From Chrysomallon squamiferum (lineage: Eukaryota; Animalia; Mollusca): a DNA stretch of 64,000 nt. Below, one piece after another: positions 62,356 through 64,000 of the stretch; position 1 is the stretch's first letter, and every line of letters starts with the position of its first letter. The notes beneath the pieces are model-generated. The model saw only the letters and a list, made by a program, of their open reading frames with translations, was not told the DNA's origin and ran no database searches. The stretch is from the NCBI GenBank assembly GCA_012295275.1, contig CM022674.1, positions 5,394,001 through 5,458,000 on the forward strand. Direction: 5' to 3'. The position numbers and the translations under genes were made by a program.

Positions 62356-62867
62356 ATAGCTTCTTCGTCAGCTATAAATGAACATGTCAACGACTCCGGC
62401 GAAGAAGACGTTGCGCAAATAAGTAGCTGAGATGGCGGTTATCAGCGACGTACGAAAGAGTTAATTTTATACGACAATCGCTGACAAACCTTTAATTTTG
62501 CTCTGGAGACCGCCTATTAATCCGTCTGCCAAAAATGCCTCGAGGTTAATTCTCGTTTCGTCTCGACTAAACCCTTTTCTCAACGGAGATGTCAACGCCA
62601 TTTCGAGGGACGCGGATAAAGCTAACTAGGATTTACTTACCAAACCATCTTCGCTGCATATTTATCGCGAGGTTGACGTACACCTGCGGAAACTGCCGGC
62701 GTTAATTCTCGTTAATTCCGATCTGTCACGAGTAACGCCGATTAATTACGATTAATGCCGATTGTTTTATAACGACGTTTACCACAACACATTTGTTTCA
62801 GTTAATTATATTTGAATGGATTTGTAGAATTTACAATGTGTATATGTTAATCTAAAGTACTTGTAAA

Positions 62868-63440
<573 letters not shown>

Positions 63441-64000
63441 CGCTGCTGTCACTATCCTCGCTATCCAGCTAATCAACGACAACACAGATGATGTTGCTCT
63501 TCGCGTCCGATCATCTTCCGATTGAAAACAGTCGCTAACGCGCTCTGACAGCCGGAGCAGCAGCCGAAATTAAAACAGATTACGACGACAACGCTCCCGT
63601 CGTCCGTCTCCTGCGAGGTGTTGAATTAACACACGGCGGCCACTGCGGAGGGCTGAAGACACCAGTTTCGTTGTAATGAATGGGTTTTTGGACTCGTAAT
63701 GGAAAGAGGCTTTAGCTCGCTGGTTGAATATCCCGCGCCGGGAGTTTCGAATGAAACGGAGAAATTTAAGTTTTTTTTGTGACACGAGCATTTTTAAGCT
63801 GGCTGGCTTCTGATAAGGATCAAGAGCGAAATTGTTGAGATGGATGGTAGTGGGGTCGAATCCTGCTTGGTGATTCGTAGATAATTTTTTGGCTGAGATA
63901 TTTTTTATGTAATTATTTTTATTTTTTTTTTTTTTTTTTTATTGCTTTCTTTTTTTATTGATTTGTTTTTCTTTTTCTGAGATTTCTTTTTTCTCTCATT

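Overview
This is AT-rich eukaryotic (animal-type) genomic DNA saturated with simple sequence repeats: (GA/TC)n, (CA)n, (TA)n, (CATA)n, (AGT/ACT)n, (AAT)n, (GAT)n and poly-A/T. The repeats alternate with 0.2-1.5 kb unique islands that are not CpG-depleted. The composition resembles microsatellite-rich invertebrate genomes such as octopod cephalopods; this is an inference and the taxon cannot be established here. I recognise no protein-coding gene, and almost every ORF in the track is a translation of a microsatellite. There is no rRNA, intact tRNA, transposase or CRISPR/cas locus. What the sequence does show is: (i) a near-identical ~1.3-1.4 kb inverted repeat (31.6-32.9 kb / 42.6-44.0 kb) with modular tandem sub-repeats at the outer ends, enclosing 9.7 kb that carries promoter- and CTCF-like signals; (ii) an adjacent, older ~280 bp inverted repeat whose arms each look like a terminal exon encoding a hydrophobic tail; (iii) three degenerate 'conserved motif + variable spacer' arrays at 45.3-45.7, 48.6-49.4 and 61.8-62.4 kb; (iv) an apparent excess of perfect CRE (TGACGTCA) and CACGTGA E-box motifs, including a compact promoter-like module at 5.3-5.6 kb; and (v) several candidate exons and small transposon or SINE relics, all low confidence. 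Overall it reads as a large regulatory or intronic region rather than a gene-dense one.
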